From positions 1 through 62,698 of IMG/VR virus record IMGVR_UViG_3300043403_000045: a DNA stretch of 62,698 nucleotides; one strand, written 5' to 3'. A program made the position numbers and the translations under genes. Positions 17,271 through 27,256 of the stretch are shown here, piece after piece; within the stretch, counting starts at the first letter, position 1; each line of letters begins with the position of its first letter. Origin of the DNA: a virus (Duplodnaviria > Caudoviricetes). The notes below the pieces were generated by a model. The model was not told the origin of the DNA. It saw only the letters and a program-made list of their open reading frames with translations, and did not search any database.

Positions 17271-19442
17271 ATGGCAAAAAAGAAAGATTCAAAACCGACA
17301 TTACCATATAATAATCTGGAATCTACTGATGGGGACAGTTATGTTGGCTCGCAACCAGAAGTTTCTGAAACAACTTTAGTGCCGGAAAACCGCGTAATCG
17401 AATCAGTATCGCAAGCAGTAGACGTCACCGAAAACGACATTCAGGACGCCACCACTTTAATTAGCCATGCCGCTGCAATTACTGCCCGTAAGCAGGGCCA
17501 AAAGCCGTACTCTCAGGCGTCCCTTAAAAAGCAAGCCAAGAACTACATGGTCAATATCTCCACAGGAGCATTTGCCACCGAGTTACGTCGCGCTAGCCCC
17601 CGTTTATATACACCAATTTTGACAGCCTCTACGCTCACAGCCGCTAACCTTCCTTCCGGTTGGCCTGATGGCCCTGCTAAAACAGAATACTTTCGGGAAG
17701 TTGTGACCAAAGCTATTCGTAGTTGGAAACAATGGGATTACTTTGTACGAGGATTAGCTCAAGAGGTTGTAGATTATGGTTTTGGGTTTGCCTGTTTCCC
17801 TGACAAGTATGAATGGAAGCCCAAAATGGTGCGTATGGATCGTGGCTTTGTTCCTGTAGGAACGGAGATCATGGACGAGAGCTTGTCTCGGTTTACGCTT
17901 CTATGGGATTACCAGCCCAATGAATTGCTGCGCATTGCTAAAGGATCTGACAGTGGCTGGAATAAGGAAGCGGTTGCGTATGCCGTACAGAAGGCCGGTA
18001 TGGTCACTACAGATTACGAGCAGCGCGGGTTCCGCAAGTGGGAGGAATTGATTAGCGAGGCTCCATATAATTCCACTTATACAAAAAAGGTTAAAGTCAT
18101 AAAGACTAGACATTTATTTGTATTAGAAAATACAGGAAAAGTATCTCACTACATCTTGAACGCAGAAGGTAAGGATGACAAACGGTTGCTGTTCGAGAAC
18201 TTAGATGCCTTTGATAGTATGGGTGATGTATCTATACCACTCGTATTCTCATACGGCGATGGTACTATTCATGGATCATGGGGCGCAGGCCAGCTTCTCT
18301 ATGACATGGCTGTACAGCTCGACAAGTTGCGCTGCGATATGTTGCATAATCTTCGACTATCTAATAAGATAAAGCTACAAGTTCCAGAGGCCAAAGATAT
18401 TAATAAAGTCAAGTTAGAGATCAATGATAATGTAGTAATTGCATCGGAGGCTACGTTTGCCAATAACATTGCAGGCATATCCGCAAATCCAGAGGGCTAT
18501 CAGATTGCAGACGGACAGGTATTGCAATGGATGCAGCAGCGTATCGGCGCATTTCTACCACCGATCCCAATGCAATCCAGTGATATTAAAGCTGCGCAAG
18601 TCAATGCTGCATTATCACAGGAGCAGGAAATCCAGAAAGACGTACTGGAGAATTGGCTTAAACAATTTGCTCATGTCATTCAAGCCGTCATTCGCCGCAT
18701 GCTCTCCAAGGACAATCCAAGCGAGTTTAGCAAAATGGTGCGCATGGCACTTAAAGGCGAAGCATCAGATAAAGAGTTTCAGAAGATCTACGAAATGGGA
18801 ATAGGCTCATTTGGCAACGTGCAATTAACCGACGCCGAAATTGATATTCTTGCCAACCAACCAATCATTCAGAGTATCCTAGAGTTTACCGACTTTGCCA
18901 CACAGCGTCGTGCCGCATTTGCCACAAGCGTGCAGGGGAATAGCTTGTTTAATCAAACCCACGCTGCGCAGCTTATGGCTACTGGCGCAGGCGGTACGCA
19001 GCTCATGGAATATCTCGTCGTTAAAGAAGGCGACACAGCCACACAAACAGGCGCACAAAGACAACAGATTATCGAGCTTACGTCACTCGCTCAAGCCATT
19101 GACATTCCAGTGGTTGTATCCGACGAACACTGGATTCACATGCAGGCAATGAAAGAGCCCATGCAAAGCTATATTGCCAGCGTAAATATCCCAGCAGCAG
19201 AAGCCGCTTTCCGCCACTACGTTGCCCACTATCAAGCAGGTCTCGCAACTAAGACGCTACCTAAAGACGCCATTAATCCAGAAAAGTCATTTGTTGCAGA
19301 TTACGAGAAAGCTATAAATGCCGTTAAAGAACAACAAGCTCAGCAAAATATGATGCAAGCTCAAGCTATTCAGCAACAACAGGCTCAAATGCAGGCGCAA
19401 CAGGGTATGGCGAACGAACATAATCCTCAAACTTTAATGTAA
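17271..19442 (+). CDS. Probable portal (head-tail connector) protein
   Basis: 723 aa with a Q-rich C-terminal tail, followed by a small ORF and a scaffold-like gene; call is from size and synteny. Confidence 0.6.
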   Translation: MAKKKDSKPTLPYNNLESTDGDSYVGSQPEVSETTLVPENRVIESVSQAVDVTENDIQDATTLISHAAAITARKQGQKPYSQASLKKQAKNYMVNISTGAFATELRRASPRLYTPILTASTLTAANLPSGWPDGPAKTEYFREVVTKAIRSWKQWDYFVRGLAQEVVDYGFGFACFPDKYEWKPKMVRMDRGFVPVGTEIMDESLSRFTLLWDYQPNELLRIAKGSDSGWNKEAVAYAVQKAGMVTTDYEQRGFRKWEELISEAPYNSTYTKKVKVIKTRHLFVLENTGKVSHYILNAEGKDDKRLLFENLDAFDSMGDVSIPLVFSYGDGTIHGSWGAGQLLYDMAVQLDKLRCDMLHNLRLSNKIKLQVPEAKDINKVKLEINDNVVIASEATFANNIAGISANPEGYQIADGQVLQWMQQRIGAFLPPIPMQSSDIKAAQVNAALSQEQEIQKDVLENWLKQFAHVIQAVIRRMLSKDNPSEFSKMVRMALKGEASDKEFQKIYEMGIGSFGNVQLTDAEIDILANQPIIQSILEFTDFATQRRAAFATSVQGNSLFNQTHAAQLMATGAGGTQLMEYLVVKEGDTATQTGAQRQQIIELTSLAQAIDIPVVVSDEHWIHMQAMKEPMQSYIASVNIPAAEAAFRHYVAHYQAGLATKTLPKDAINPEKSFVADYEKAINAVKEQQAQQNMMQAQAIQQQQAQMQAQQGMANEHNPQTLM

Positions 19443-19516
19443 TTAAGTAGAAATCTACTTGATTATTTCATTTTTCTGGAACATGGTTTTTCCAAAAAGT
19501 TATTTTTAATCTAAAT

Positions 19517-19756
19517 ATGAACAAGAAAAACATATCCGCATGGCGTGATTTCATTGAAACAGAGCACTTTAAGGCAGGGATCGAACATCTTAGAAAAGTA
19601 TATTGTCCCAGCATTAGCACTAAAGGCTCTCAGGTTGAGCTTGTAGAAAGTTGCTTATCACACGCTGCATACCTTCGTGCCCTCGATGATATTACCGAAG
19701 TGCTTCCCCTTTACCCAGATAAATCAGAAACTCAACAAGACGATACACTCAACTAA
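19517..19756 (+). CDS. Hypothetical protein
   Basis: Small ORF between the portal-like and scaffold-like genes. Confidence 0.65.
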   Translation: MNKKNISAWRDFIETEHFKAGIEHLRKVYCPSISTKGSQVELVESCLSHAAYLRALDDITEVLPLYPDKSETQQDDTLN

Positions 19757-19759
19757 TAT

Positions 19760-21205
19760 ATGTCCTCCCTAGTAAATCCAGAAGTAGAAGATATTACCAT
19801 TGAACAAGTCAATGGTACTCCGCCAGCTAACAGTAATGTTGGTAATCGCGTTAATAAACCACAAGTAGAGATCCACCAAGACGAGCGCGGCAATGATTTG
19901 CCCGAGATGCCCGGATTTGATGAGGCATTAGATCGTGCGGAATCCCAAGCCCTAGATGATCGCAAGAAAGAACTTGACGCCAAGCAGGGCAAGAAACCGG
20001 AGAAAGAGCCAGAAAAGACAATTGCAGAAAAGCCCGAGACCACAGAAGAACCTTCTGTTGCGGAACCAGCAAAGGCCGATCCAGCACTGGAAGTTCCTGA
20101 CTCTGAACTGCGCGTCCTACCTCACGATAAAGAATCTACAAAGCGTCGTATTGAGGCATTCCTTAAAAAGGAATCAGCTCTTAAAGCGGAGGCCGATACT
20201 TATAAGTCTAAGATGGCGGAGCTTGAAAAGCGTCCTGCTATAAATGCAGACGAGATCGACAAGCTCAAGTCTGAGTACGAGCAGACAAAGAATGACCTTC
20301 TCCGTTATCGCCGTCGCTACGATATTGATAACGACCCAGAAATCAATACGCGCTTTGCTAAGCCTATTGAGGAAGCAGAAAGCAACATTGCAGCCACACT
20401 TACTAAGTATAACGTTAGTGAAGGGACAATGAAGTTAATAAAAGAGGCTGGAGGATTAGCTAACTTTTCGCGGTCGGGCAAAGTTTTCAAGGTTAATAAA
20501 CGCGTATTGGAGCGCGACCCAGACACAGGAGAAAATAAAGAAGTGGTCCGTTCCTTTGAAAATGACGCAGGCGAGATTGTCAAAAGCTGGCTAGATGCAA
20601 TGAATCCAGTAGATGCTGAATATGCTCGCTCCCAGCTTGGAAAGCAATTCAACCTTCAAGACGAACGTAAAAAGTTTATTGAAACAGAGACCGCTCGCGC
20701 CAGTGAGTACTTCTCCCAAGCAGAGCAACAAAAGAAACAGCAACAAGAAGAGTTTGACAAGGAGACAGCCGAAAAGCGCAGCCAATATAAGAAGTGGGCC
20801 GACGATACGATTACTAAAGAGGAATGGCTAAAGGAAAAAGAAGTCCCTGCAAATGCCTCAGATGATGTTAAGAAGTCATTGCAAGAACATAATGATTTTG
20901 TTAAACAAGCACGCAGTAACATCGTTGATCCAATGCCAATCATTGGGACGCCAGATGCTATACGTGCTACTATTTTAGACGCGCAAGCAGCTAAATATCT
21001 TAAACGAGAAAATGCTAGGTTGCTCAAAGAATTAGAGGAAGCTAAGGGCAAAGCAGAGAAGGCCGTTGCATCAACCCGCACCACGTCCTCTAAGGGAAGC
21101 CTATTGCCACGCTCGTCTGCTCCGTCCGCTAAAAAAGAAACTAATACAAGTGATGACTTCATGGCCAGTTTTGAGGAATCACTAAATCGCTTAAATAATC
21201 AATAA
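19760..21205 (+). CDS. Probable capsid scaffolding protein
   Basis: Acidic, E/K/P-rich N-terminus, long coiled coils and a short C-terminal helix. Confidence 0.55.
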   Translation: MSSLVNPEVEDITIEQVNGTPPANSNVGNRVNKPQVEIHQDERGNDLPEMPGFDEALDRAESQALDDRKKELDAKQGKKPEKEPEKTIAEKPETTEEPSVAEPAKADPALEVPDSELRVLPHDKESTKRRIEAFLKKESALKAEADTYKSKMAELEKRPAINADEIDKLKSEYEQTKNDLLRYRRRYDIDNDPEINTRFAKPIEEAESNIAATLTKYNVSEGTMKLIKEAGGLANFSRSGKVFKVNKRVLERDPDTGENKEVVRSFENDAGEIVKSWLDAMNPVDAEYARSQLGKQFNLQDERKKFIETETARASEYFSQAEQQKKQQQEEFDKETAEKRSQYKKWADDTITKEEWLKEKEVPANASDDVKKSLQEHNDFVKQARSNIVDPMPIIGTPDAIRATILDAQAAKYLKRENARLLKELEEAKGKAEKAVASTRTTSSKGSLLPRSSAPSAKKETNTSDDFMASFEESLNRLNNQ

Positions 21206-22116
21206 TGCAAACCGGAGTTAATCTAAAGCGACTAGTTGATGTAAGAATTGACGAGTTAGGACATGCCGCCGCAGCCAATCTTTTTGGCGTTAGCGTTAGC
21301 ACTATTTACAACTGGAGGAAGGACAATGGCACTCCCTCCTCCAGCGCCTGCCAACTAATGTTAAATGAGCTTGGCGACAAAAGCGTATTCACGTCGCAAG
21401 AACGCAAAGACGATTTGGGCAAGGTGCAATTACTACAACCTATCTATCGTTCACTTAACGGCAAGACCCACTTTACTCTGTTTGCTAATTACAGGCAATA
21501 CGGCGCAGAGCGTATCGGAATGATACCTATTTTTAATACCTTAATTGGTGAGGCACGCTCTATGCTGGCAGAGCAGGCACTCAAGACGGGAAGCGAGTGG
21601 TTTCTATTTGTGGATGATGACATGATTCTCCCATTTGGCAATCCAAGTGGCCTACGTTATTTTGGAGCTAAGATACCAGACCCAAATTCAGGGCACTATG
21701 CGATTGACCGCATCATGTCACAGCCAAAAGGATATCGTATCATTAGCGGGTTATACTTCTCTAAGAACGAGAAGCATAATGGAGTATTCGCTTCATGCAT
21801 TAACTCACAGGTAGAGCATATCCGATTTCAGAGGCATTTCGAAACAGGCGGTGATCTTGGGGTAGTAGAAACCGCATGGACAGGAATGGGTTTTACTCGC
21901 GTGCATCGTTCTGTTTTTGAGGAAATGCAAGCTAACTTAAAGGCGTTGCCAGAGATTAAGCCTTTTTCGGAAGGCAGGCATCATGGATATTTTAACCAAT
22001 TTGGGCCTGATTACAGCGAAGACGCAAGCTTTGGCCTGCGTGCTGCGAAGATTGGCATAAAGTCTTATGTTGATACTGGACTTATGTTAGGACATTCAGG
22101 GGAATATATTTATTAA
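21205..22116 (+). CDS. HTH-fused GT-A (GT2-like) glycosyltransferase
   Basis: N-terminal AAANLFGVSVSTIYNW, then FLFVDDDM, TGMGFTRVHRSVFE, SEDASF and GH. Confidence 0.75.
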   Translation: MQTGVNLKRLVDVRIDELGHAAAANLFGVSVSTIYNWRKDNGTPSSSACQLMLNELGDKSVFTSQERKDDLGKVQLLQPIYRSLNGKTHFTLFANYRQYGAERIGMIPIFNTLIGEARSMLAEQALKTGSEWFLFVDDDMILPFGNPSGLRYFGAKIPDPNSGHYAIDRIMSQPKGYRIISGLYFSKNEKHNGVFASCINSQVEHIRFQRHFETGGDLGVVETAWTGMGFTRVHRSVFEEMQANLKALPEIKPFSEGRHHGYFNQFGPDYSEDASFGLRAAKIGIKSYVDTGLMLGHSGEYIY

Positions 22117-22126
22117 TCAAAATAAT

Positions 22127-22432
22127 ATGGAAAACGAAATTAAGAAACATTACAACGAAACGTGGTCTATTAGAGGTTGGCCCGTAAATGACTCATCCGA
22201 TGGTTACATGAAAATGGATGTATGTTTGTATTCAACATATGTTCGTATGTCAGACGGGTCACTTAATCGGATCAAAGATTCCTGTATATACATAGGGGTA
22301 CTATCAGACACCATGACAGACACTCAGAACGCAATAGGCACTGGAATGTTATTAAGTAAAAATGCGACCATAAGGCTTATCCAGCAACTGGAACATTTAG
22401 TTAAGATAGCGAATCCAGTCATTTATAAATAA
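22127..22432 (+). CDS. Hypothetical protein
   Basis: 101-aa ORF in the operon. Confidence 0.6.
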   Translation: MENEIKKHYNETWSIRGWPVNDSSDGYMKMDVCLYSTYVRMSDGSLNRIKDSCIYIGVLSDTMTDTQNAIGTGMLLSKNATIRLIQQLEHLVKIANPVIYK

Positions 22433-23151
22433 TGCTTTCATATAACAAAGAATTAAAAGAGCCTCGCTCATTACTTATAGTTAGCAGCTTTAAGCCTGCC
22501 AATAAATGTACTGACGATTACCTTAACCAACAAAAGCTTGCGCTTGATTCGTGGCTTTCGCTAAAGGCTGCAATCATTTTGCTGAATGAAAAAGAAGACG
22601 TGCCATTTGCTCCACCAGAAATAGTGTTCCGTGATCCGCGGCTGGAGCCTCCGCCCGTACACGATATTATTGGAGCGGGATTAGACTATATCAAGAACCT
22701 TAAAGACGAGAGTGTTATTATAGCAATAGTAAATTCGGACATCATTCTCACGCAGGACTTTAATAAGGTTTTACTGCTAACTGATAAGCATGGCAATAAT
22801 TGGGCGGCTTCATCGCGCCGATACCATTACACTAAAGACATGGCCAAGGCAGAGATAAAGGACTGGGGCATAGATACATTTGCTGCATCTGCTAGGGTGT
22901 GGAAGATGGTTCACGCTGACATGAAGAAATATAACGCAGACAAGCTTCGCATAGGCAAAACTATATGGGACTCATGGCTTTCTGGTTATTTCGTTGCTTC
23001 TATTATATCATCTAAATATATTAGCCTATCAGACCTCAAGTGTGTTTTTCATAAAGAACATACTATTTCAGGGGACAACCATAACTTGCCAGCAGATTGC
23101 GCTAATGTAATCGAAGTTGGCGCAGGATACCCGTCAGTAAAATACTCATGA
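22432..23151 (+). CDS. Putative glycosyltransferase-like protein
   Basis: IVNSDIIL, GIDTF, IGKTIWDSW, FHKEH. Confidence 0.6.
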   Translation: MLSYNKELKEPRSLLIVSSFKPANKCTDDYLNQQKLALDSWLSLKAAIILLNEKEDVPFAPPEIVFRDPRLEPPPVHDIIGAGLDYIKNLKDESVIIAIVNSDIILTQDFNKVLLLTDKHGNNWAASSRRYHYTKDMAKAEIKDWGIDTFAASARVWKMVHADMKKYNADKLRIGKTIWDSWLSGYFVASIISSKYISLSDLKCVFHKEHTISGDNHNLPADCANVIEVGAGYPSVKYS

Positions 23152-24542
23152 CAACAGATATATTCATTCGTTCCTACATTGGTGATGCTGAGTGGTTCAA
23201 GTGCTCTATCGCATCTATACAGAAATACGTTACAGGATATAGAAAGATTATCCTTTGCGTCCCTGCCTCAGATGCTGGCACATTCAATGAAATTATACAG
23301 CCTTATACAAACATCGAGTTAGTATATAGTGCAGCGTATTCAGACGACTACCTAGGCCAGCAAATAAGCAAGCTAAGTGCGCATAAGTACTCGGACGCCG
23401 ATTGCTATATGTACCTAGATTCTGATTGCATAATCACTCAGAAAATAGACGTAGCCGATTTCTTGGTAGATGGACGTCCCATAGTATGGAAATCTAGCTA
23501 TGCCTCAATCACGCCAGAAGGCGGTTTCTCATGGCAGGAGTTTACCTCTAAGGTTATAGGTCAAACACCCACGCATGAATATATGCGCCGATTCCCATTC
23601 CTTTATTTGAGTACAACACTCATCGACTTTGCGGACTACATCAAGCGCACACACGGAAAGCATATTGATCGCTATATTCAGAAGCAGGCTTATCGTCAAT
23701 TCTCTGAGTTTAATGCCATTGGTTTCTTCGCTGAGCTGTTTCATAACCGATACTACGAGTTCATCGACACAGATGCTGGTCCAATGCCCGAGTCTCACAT
23801 CATTCAGTTCTGGAGCTGGGGCGGCATCTCCCCTGAAATTAAAGCCAAGATAGACGAAGCCCTCAAAGGAAATCCGGTCCGCAAGACTAAGCATGGATTT
23901 TACGTGCTCGATGGAGATACACATATTGGTAAGTGGTCAGAAGAATCTGGCAGGCTAGATCACGACCAGAACATGCTGCCATCGGTTTTGAAGCACATCA
24001 AAGAAGGCGATACCGTCATTGACGCAGGGGCATACATTGGAGACCACACCATAGCTTATTCCAGGGTCGTAGGCACTTCAGGAAACGTAATAGCGATAGA
24101 AGCTAACCAAGATGCATTTAATTGCCTAGAATTAAACATGGCCAGCTTGAGCAACGTTAAATGTTATAACACTCCACTTGGCACAGGCAAAGAGACAGTC
24201 AGCGTCACCAGCTTAGATCCTAATTTTGGCACTGCCTTCCTTAAAGAAGGAGAGATTAAAACAATCTCTATTGACGGATTAAAGCTCAAAGAATGTCATT
24301 TCATAAAGATTGACTGCGAAGGCTACGAGCCATTGATCCTCCAAGGAGGGGCCAAGACCATTAAGAAGCATAAGCCTACATTACTTATCGAAGTAAACGA
24401 TGGCGCACTCAAGCGATACGGCTCTTCCCGTGAAGCACTAATTAAACAAGTAGAAGAACTAGGTTATTCCGTAGAAAACATTTACAAAGAACAAGGACTA
24501 CTCGATGAGCAATTTGACATTATCTGCAAAGCCAAAGCCTAA
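23148..24542 (+). CDS. GT-like domain fused to an FkbM-family methyltransferase
   Basis: N-terminal QQISKL..YLDSD; C-terminal VIDAGAYIG, IAIEAN, FIKIDCEGYE..ILQG and LIEV. Confidence 0.85.
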   Translation: MTTDIFIRSYIGDAEWFKCSIASIQKYVTGYRKIILCVPASDAGTFNEIIQPYTNIELVYSAAYSDDYLGQQISKLSAHKYSDADCYMYLDSDCIITQKIDVADFLVDGRPIVWKSSYASITPEGGFSWQEFTSKVIGQTPTHEYMRRFPFLYLSTTLIDFADYIKRTHGKHIDRYIQKQAYRQFSEFNAIGFFAELFHNRYYEFIDTDAGPMPESHIIQFWSWGGISPEIKAKIDEALKGNPVRKTKHGFYVLDGDTHIGKWSEESGRLDHDQNMLPSVLKHIKEGDTVIDAGAYIGDHTIAYSRVVGTSGNVIAIEANQDAFNCLELNMASLSNVKCYNTPLGTGKETVSVTSLDPNFGTAFLKEGEIKTISIDGLKLKECHFIKIDCEGYEPLILQGGAKTIKKHKPTLLIEVNDGALKRYGSSREALIKQVEELGYSVENIYKEQGLLDEQFDIICKAKA

Positions 24543-25299
24543 TAAACTCCTACTCGTCCCTCAGATATGCCAGTTTGACCAAGAACAAGGCTATGCTCTG
24601 GTCAATCTCATTTGCGATCTCATAGAAGATCATTGCTTAGAAGCCGACATCATGCTGTCAATTGCCGTAGGTGCAAAAGAAGATGCCGCAACCATCGAAC
24701 GGTTACGCTCTAAGTTCTCCAACGTGTATGTTCACCACTGCCGCAATGAGGTTAAGGGCTGGCCATACGGCCCAAACAATCAAGTGTGTGAGGTTTTTAA
24801 CGAAGTATTCTCTGGCCACCGAGACCGTAAATGGAACTATGCGGCTTTCATGCTGATTGAACCTGACTGTGTACCGACCAAGAAGGACTGGATTCAGGTC
24901 CTACACAAGGAATGGCATGAGGGCACGCAGCTCGCCCTCGGCGCATGGCTGTGTGCAGGCGATTCAGATTGCGGCATAGAACACATCAACGGCAACATGC
25001 TTATCTCGCCAGACATCATTAAGTCAGAGAAGTCTTTGCGCCGTCCCTCATTCAACGCATGGGACATTAACTTTGCTAGAATCTTCCTTAACAGCGGTCG
25101 AGCATCTCGCTTTATTTGGTCCGACTATAGGCTAGGCACCCCATCTAACCCTTGGACTTCCTGCAAAGACTTCCTAGGCGTAAAGCAATATAAGTCCGGA
25201 CAGAATCCGCTTTACGGTCAAAAGCTATCGCCAGTATGGATTCACGGCGTTAAAACAAAAGAAGCCATTGATTGTGTGCGAGCCAAGCTTCTTAAATAA
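24505..25299 (+). CDS. Putative glycosyltransferase-like protein
   Basis: GWPYGPN, LIEPDCVP, HINGN, AWD, HGVK. Confidence 0.55.
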   Translation: MSNLTLSAKPKPNKLLLVPQICQFDQEQGYALVNLICDLIEDHCLEADIMLSIAVGAKEDAATIERLRSKFSNVYVHHCRNEVKGWPYGPNNQVCEVFNEVFSGHRDRKWNYAAFMLIEPDCVPTKKDWIQVLHKEWHEGTQLALGAWLCAGDSDCGIEHINGNMLISPDIIKSEKSLRRPSFNAWDINFARIFLNSGRASRFIWSDYRLGTPSNPWTSCKDFLGVKQYKSGQNPLYGQKLSPVWIHGVKTKEAIDCVRAKLLK

Positions 25300-25307
25300 A
25301 TTATTAC

Positions 25308-25844
25308 ATGCATCAAAGATTAAAAGACAAAATACTGCACAGCGATCAATATGCAGATGTTGGCAGATATACTTATGGCTCACCAACTTTCGTAGTTTTC
25401 CCGTCGGGCCATAAAGTTTCAATCGGTTCATTTTGCTCTATAGCAGATAACGTAACATTCATAAATGGCGGCAATCACTACACTGACCGCATTACCACTT
25501 ACCCATTAAACCTAATGTTTGAGGAAGTTAATTTACCTTGGCATGAATCCACCAAAGGCCCAATTAACGCAGGAAGTGATGTGTGGATAGGCTTTGGTGC
25601 AACGATCTTATCTGGAGTAACCATAGGCCACGGCGCAGTCATAGGAGCAGGCAGCGTCGTAACCAAAGACGTAGAGCCCTATTCAATAGTAGCTGGAAGT
25701 CCCGCCAGACATATTCGCTTTCGATTTAATCCTACAACTATTAAGGACTTGCTGGAAAAAGCTTGGTGGGATTTGCCGATAGATGAGATAGAGAAATTAT
25801 CGGGCTCTTTGCTAAACACACCACGAAGTAAATGCGATTCCTGA
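25308..25844 (+). CDS. CatB/Vat-like hexapeptide O-acetyltransferase
   Basis: VGRYTYG, IGSFCSIA, GGNH, GSDVWIG, GVTIGHGAVIGAGSVVTKDV, WWD. Confidence 0.9.
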   Translation: MHQRLKDKILHSDQYADVGRYTYGSPTFVVFPSGHKVSIGSFCSIADNVTFINGGNHYTDRITTYPLNLMFEEVNLPWHESTKGPINAGSDVWIGFGATILSGVTIGHGAVIGAGSVVTKDVEPYSIVAGSPARHIRFRFNPTTIKDLLEKAWWDLPIDEIEKLSGSLLNTPRSKCDS

Positions 25845-26032
25845 TCCAGTCCATAGATCGCAAGCTGACGCGCACCTCAACACAGCCCTATCCCGGTAAG
25901 GAGCTTCCTCCACCAGAAGCTTACGTAATAACAAAAGATACTCAAAATCACCACTTCAAACTATTCAGGTATTCTTCAGGCAAAGACCCAATCGCAGAAT
26001 ACCACGAATTTATTCCACCTAAATCACCATGA
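25832..26032 (+). CDS. Hypothetical protein
   Basis: 66-aa coupled ORF. Confidence 0.55.
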   Translation: MRFLIQSIDRKLTRTSTQPYPGKELPPPEAYVITKDTQNHHFKLFRYSSGKDPIAEYHEFIPPKSP

Positions 26033-26196
26033 GCAAACCAAGAAACGCACCCACCCAAGGTAAAGGCCGTCGTCCCATCATAGGCTACGATAACACTAAG
26101 TTCCGCGCTAACTATGACGAAATCTTCAAGAAGAAAGAAAAATGCGAAAAAACTCGACAGCCTTCACATGAAATAAGAAAGTCATCAAGCGATTAG
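26029..26196 (+). CDS. Small basic protein (55 aa, not in the ORF track)
   Basis: MSKPRNAPTQGKGRRPIIGYDNTKFRANYDEIFKK...; ATGA-coupled to the upstream gene. Confidence 0.6.
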   Translation: MSKPRNAPTQGKGRRPIIGYDNTKFRANYDEIFKKKEKCEKTRQPSHEIRKSSSD

Positions 26197-26546
26197 TCCG
26201 AATTAAACCGATATGGAAAATCAAACTGAAAATACGCAAGCAGAAGTATTGCACTCAAACAACCTCAATAGGCGTCTAGGACGTTTCCACGTAAGCCGAG
26301 AACTGCTCAACCAGCAACCGGAAAAACTTAAACCTATCTTTGCTAACGTGATTGTGGTTGAAGCGCAAATGCGCTGGGTAAGCGACAGCGTGGAATACCT
26401 CGCGATGTCCGACCGTTTCGAACGAGTTCCCTATGGGCAAATGGCGCCATTTTACGATATTCAATTTCACGAGGATAAATACTATCTATCGACCTTGTAT
26501 CCGCCACCCAATCATAGCTTGCGATAACACTAAGTTCCGCGCTAAC
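26088..26546 (+). repeat. 25-bp direct repeat (26088-26112 and 26522-26546) flanking one gene
   Basis: CGATAACACTAAGTTCCGCGCTAAC occurs twice. Confidence 0.9.
26213..26527 (+). CDS. Hypothetical protein
   Basis: 104-aa ORF between the direct repeats. Confidence 0.7.
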   Translation: MENQTENTQAEVLHSNNLNRRLGRFHVSRELLNQQPEKLKPIFANVIVVEAQMRWVSDSVEYLAMSDRFERVPYGQMAPFYDIQFHEDKYYLSTLYPPPNHSLR

Positions 26547-26635
26547 CTTTTCAAATCTTATTGCCAGTAACACGATAAAATGCTCAGTAACATTGACCTT
26601 GTTACTGGAACAAAAAATAAGTTACTAGCTTGTTT

Positions 26636-26875
26636 ATGGATTCCCAAAACCTACATTGCTTCGATTGCGCAAAGCCAGCAACGTGGCTTTATATGCCATC
26701 CTCCGAGTTGCCGGAAGTACAGCGATGGGCTTGTGATGAGCACGTTCCTCGCGGATGCTCTTGCCGTGAGGAGCCTACGGATGGTGACTACGAAAACCAC
26801 GCTCCTGAAAACTGGAAAGAGTCCACCGATATCAATGGCCGAAAATTACCATGCTGCGAGTGGTGGCCGCTATAA
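26636..26875 (+). CDS. Cys-rich (Zn-binding) hypothetical protein
   Basis: CFDC..ATWLYMP..CDEHVPRGCSC..LPCCEW. Confidence 0.7.
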   Translation: MDSQNLHCFDCAKPATWLYMPSSELPEVQRWACDEHVPRGCSCREEPTDGDYENHAPENWKESTDINGRKLPCCEWWPL

Positions 26876-26903
26876 CCTAACGCCACAGCCAAGGAATAAC
26901 TTT

Positions 26904-27233
26904 ATGAAACACTACGATAAATTTGAAGACCCGTTCTCGACTGGCCCGATTGTCCCAAAAGTATCGATGCAAGTGGTTGAAATGCCATGCTACCACTGCG
27001 GGAGGACTACCCGCTTACCAGTACCTACCACATGTATAGATTGGGAGAAGATCGCCGAGAGCTACCGTAAGCGATTAGAGGAGATGCGTCAAAGCTACGA
27101 CCAGATGAGCCGTGATGTGGAGGTGTTGCACGTCGAAAATCCGGCGGCTGAATATATGGCGAATCAACTTCGCTTTATATTATTCGAGCTAAAGAGCACG
27201 TTCAACGATCCTAACCGCGAGTCTGGTTCCTAA
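26904..27233 (+). CDS. Hypothetical protein with CxxC and a coiled coil
   Basis: ATG follows CCAAGGAATAACTTT; CYHCG. Confidence 0.65.
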   Translation: MKHYDKFEDPFSTGPIVPKVSMQVVEMPCYHCGRTTRLPVPTTCIDWEKIAESYRKRLEEMRQSYDQMSRDVEVLHVENPAAEYMANQLRFILFELKSTFNDPNRESGS

Positions 27234-27256
27234 TCAAAATACCAAGGAATAACTCT

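Noticed and set aside
25308-25844. Antibiotic-resistance gene (catB/vat)
   Set aside because: The same fold includes sugar O-acetyltransferases, and the glycosyltransferase context favours that role; resistance cannot be inferred.
26580-27233. 217-aa ORF as listed
   Set aside because: Its N-terminal half overlaps the more protein-like Cys-rich ORF; the likely start is 26904.
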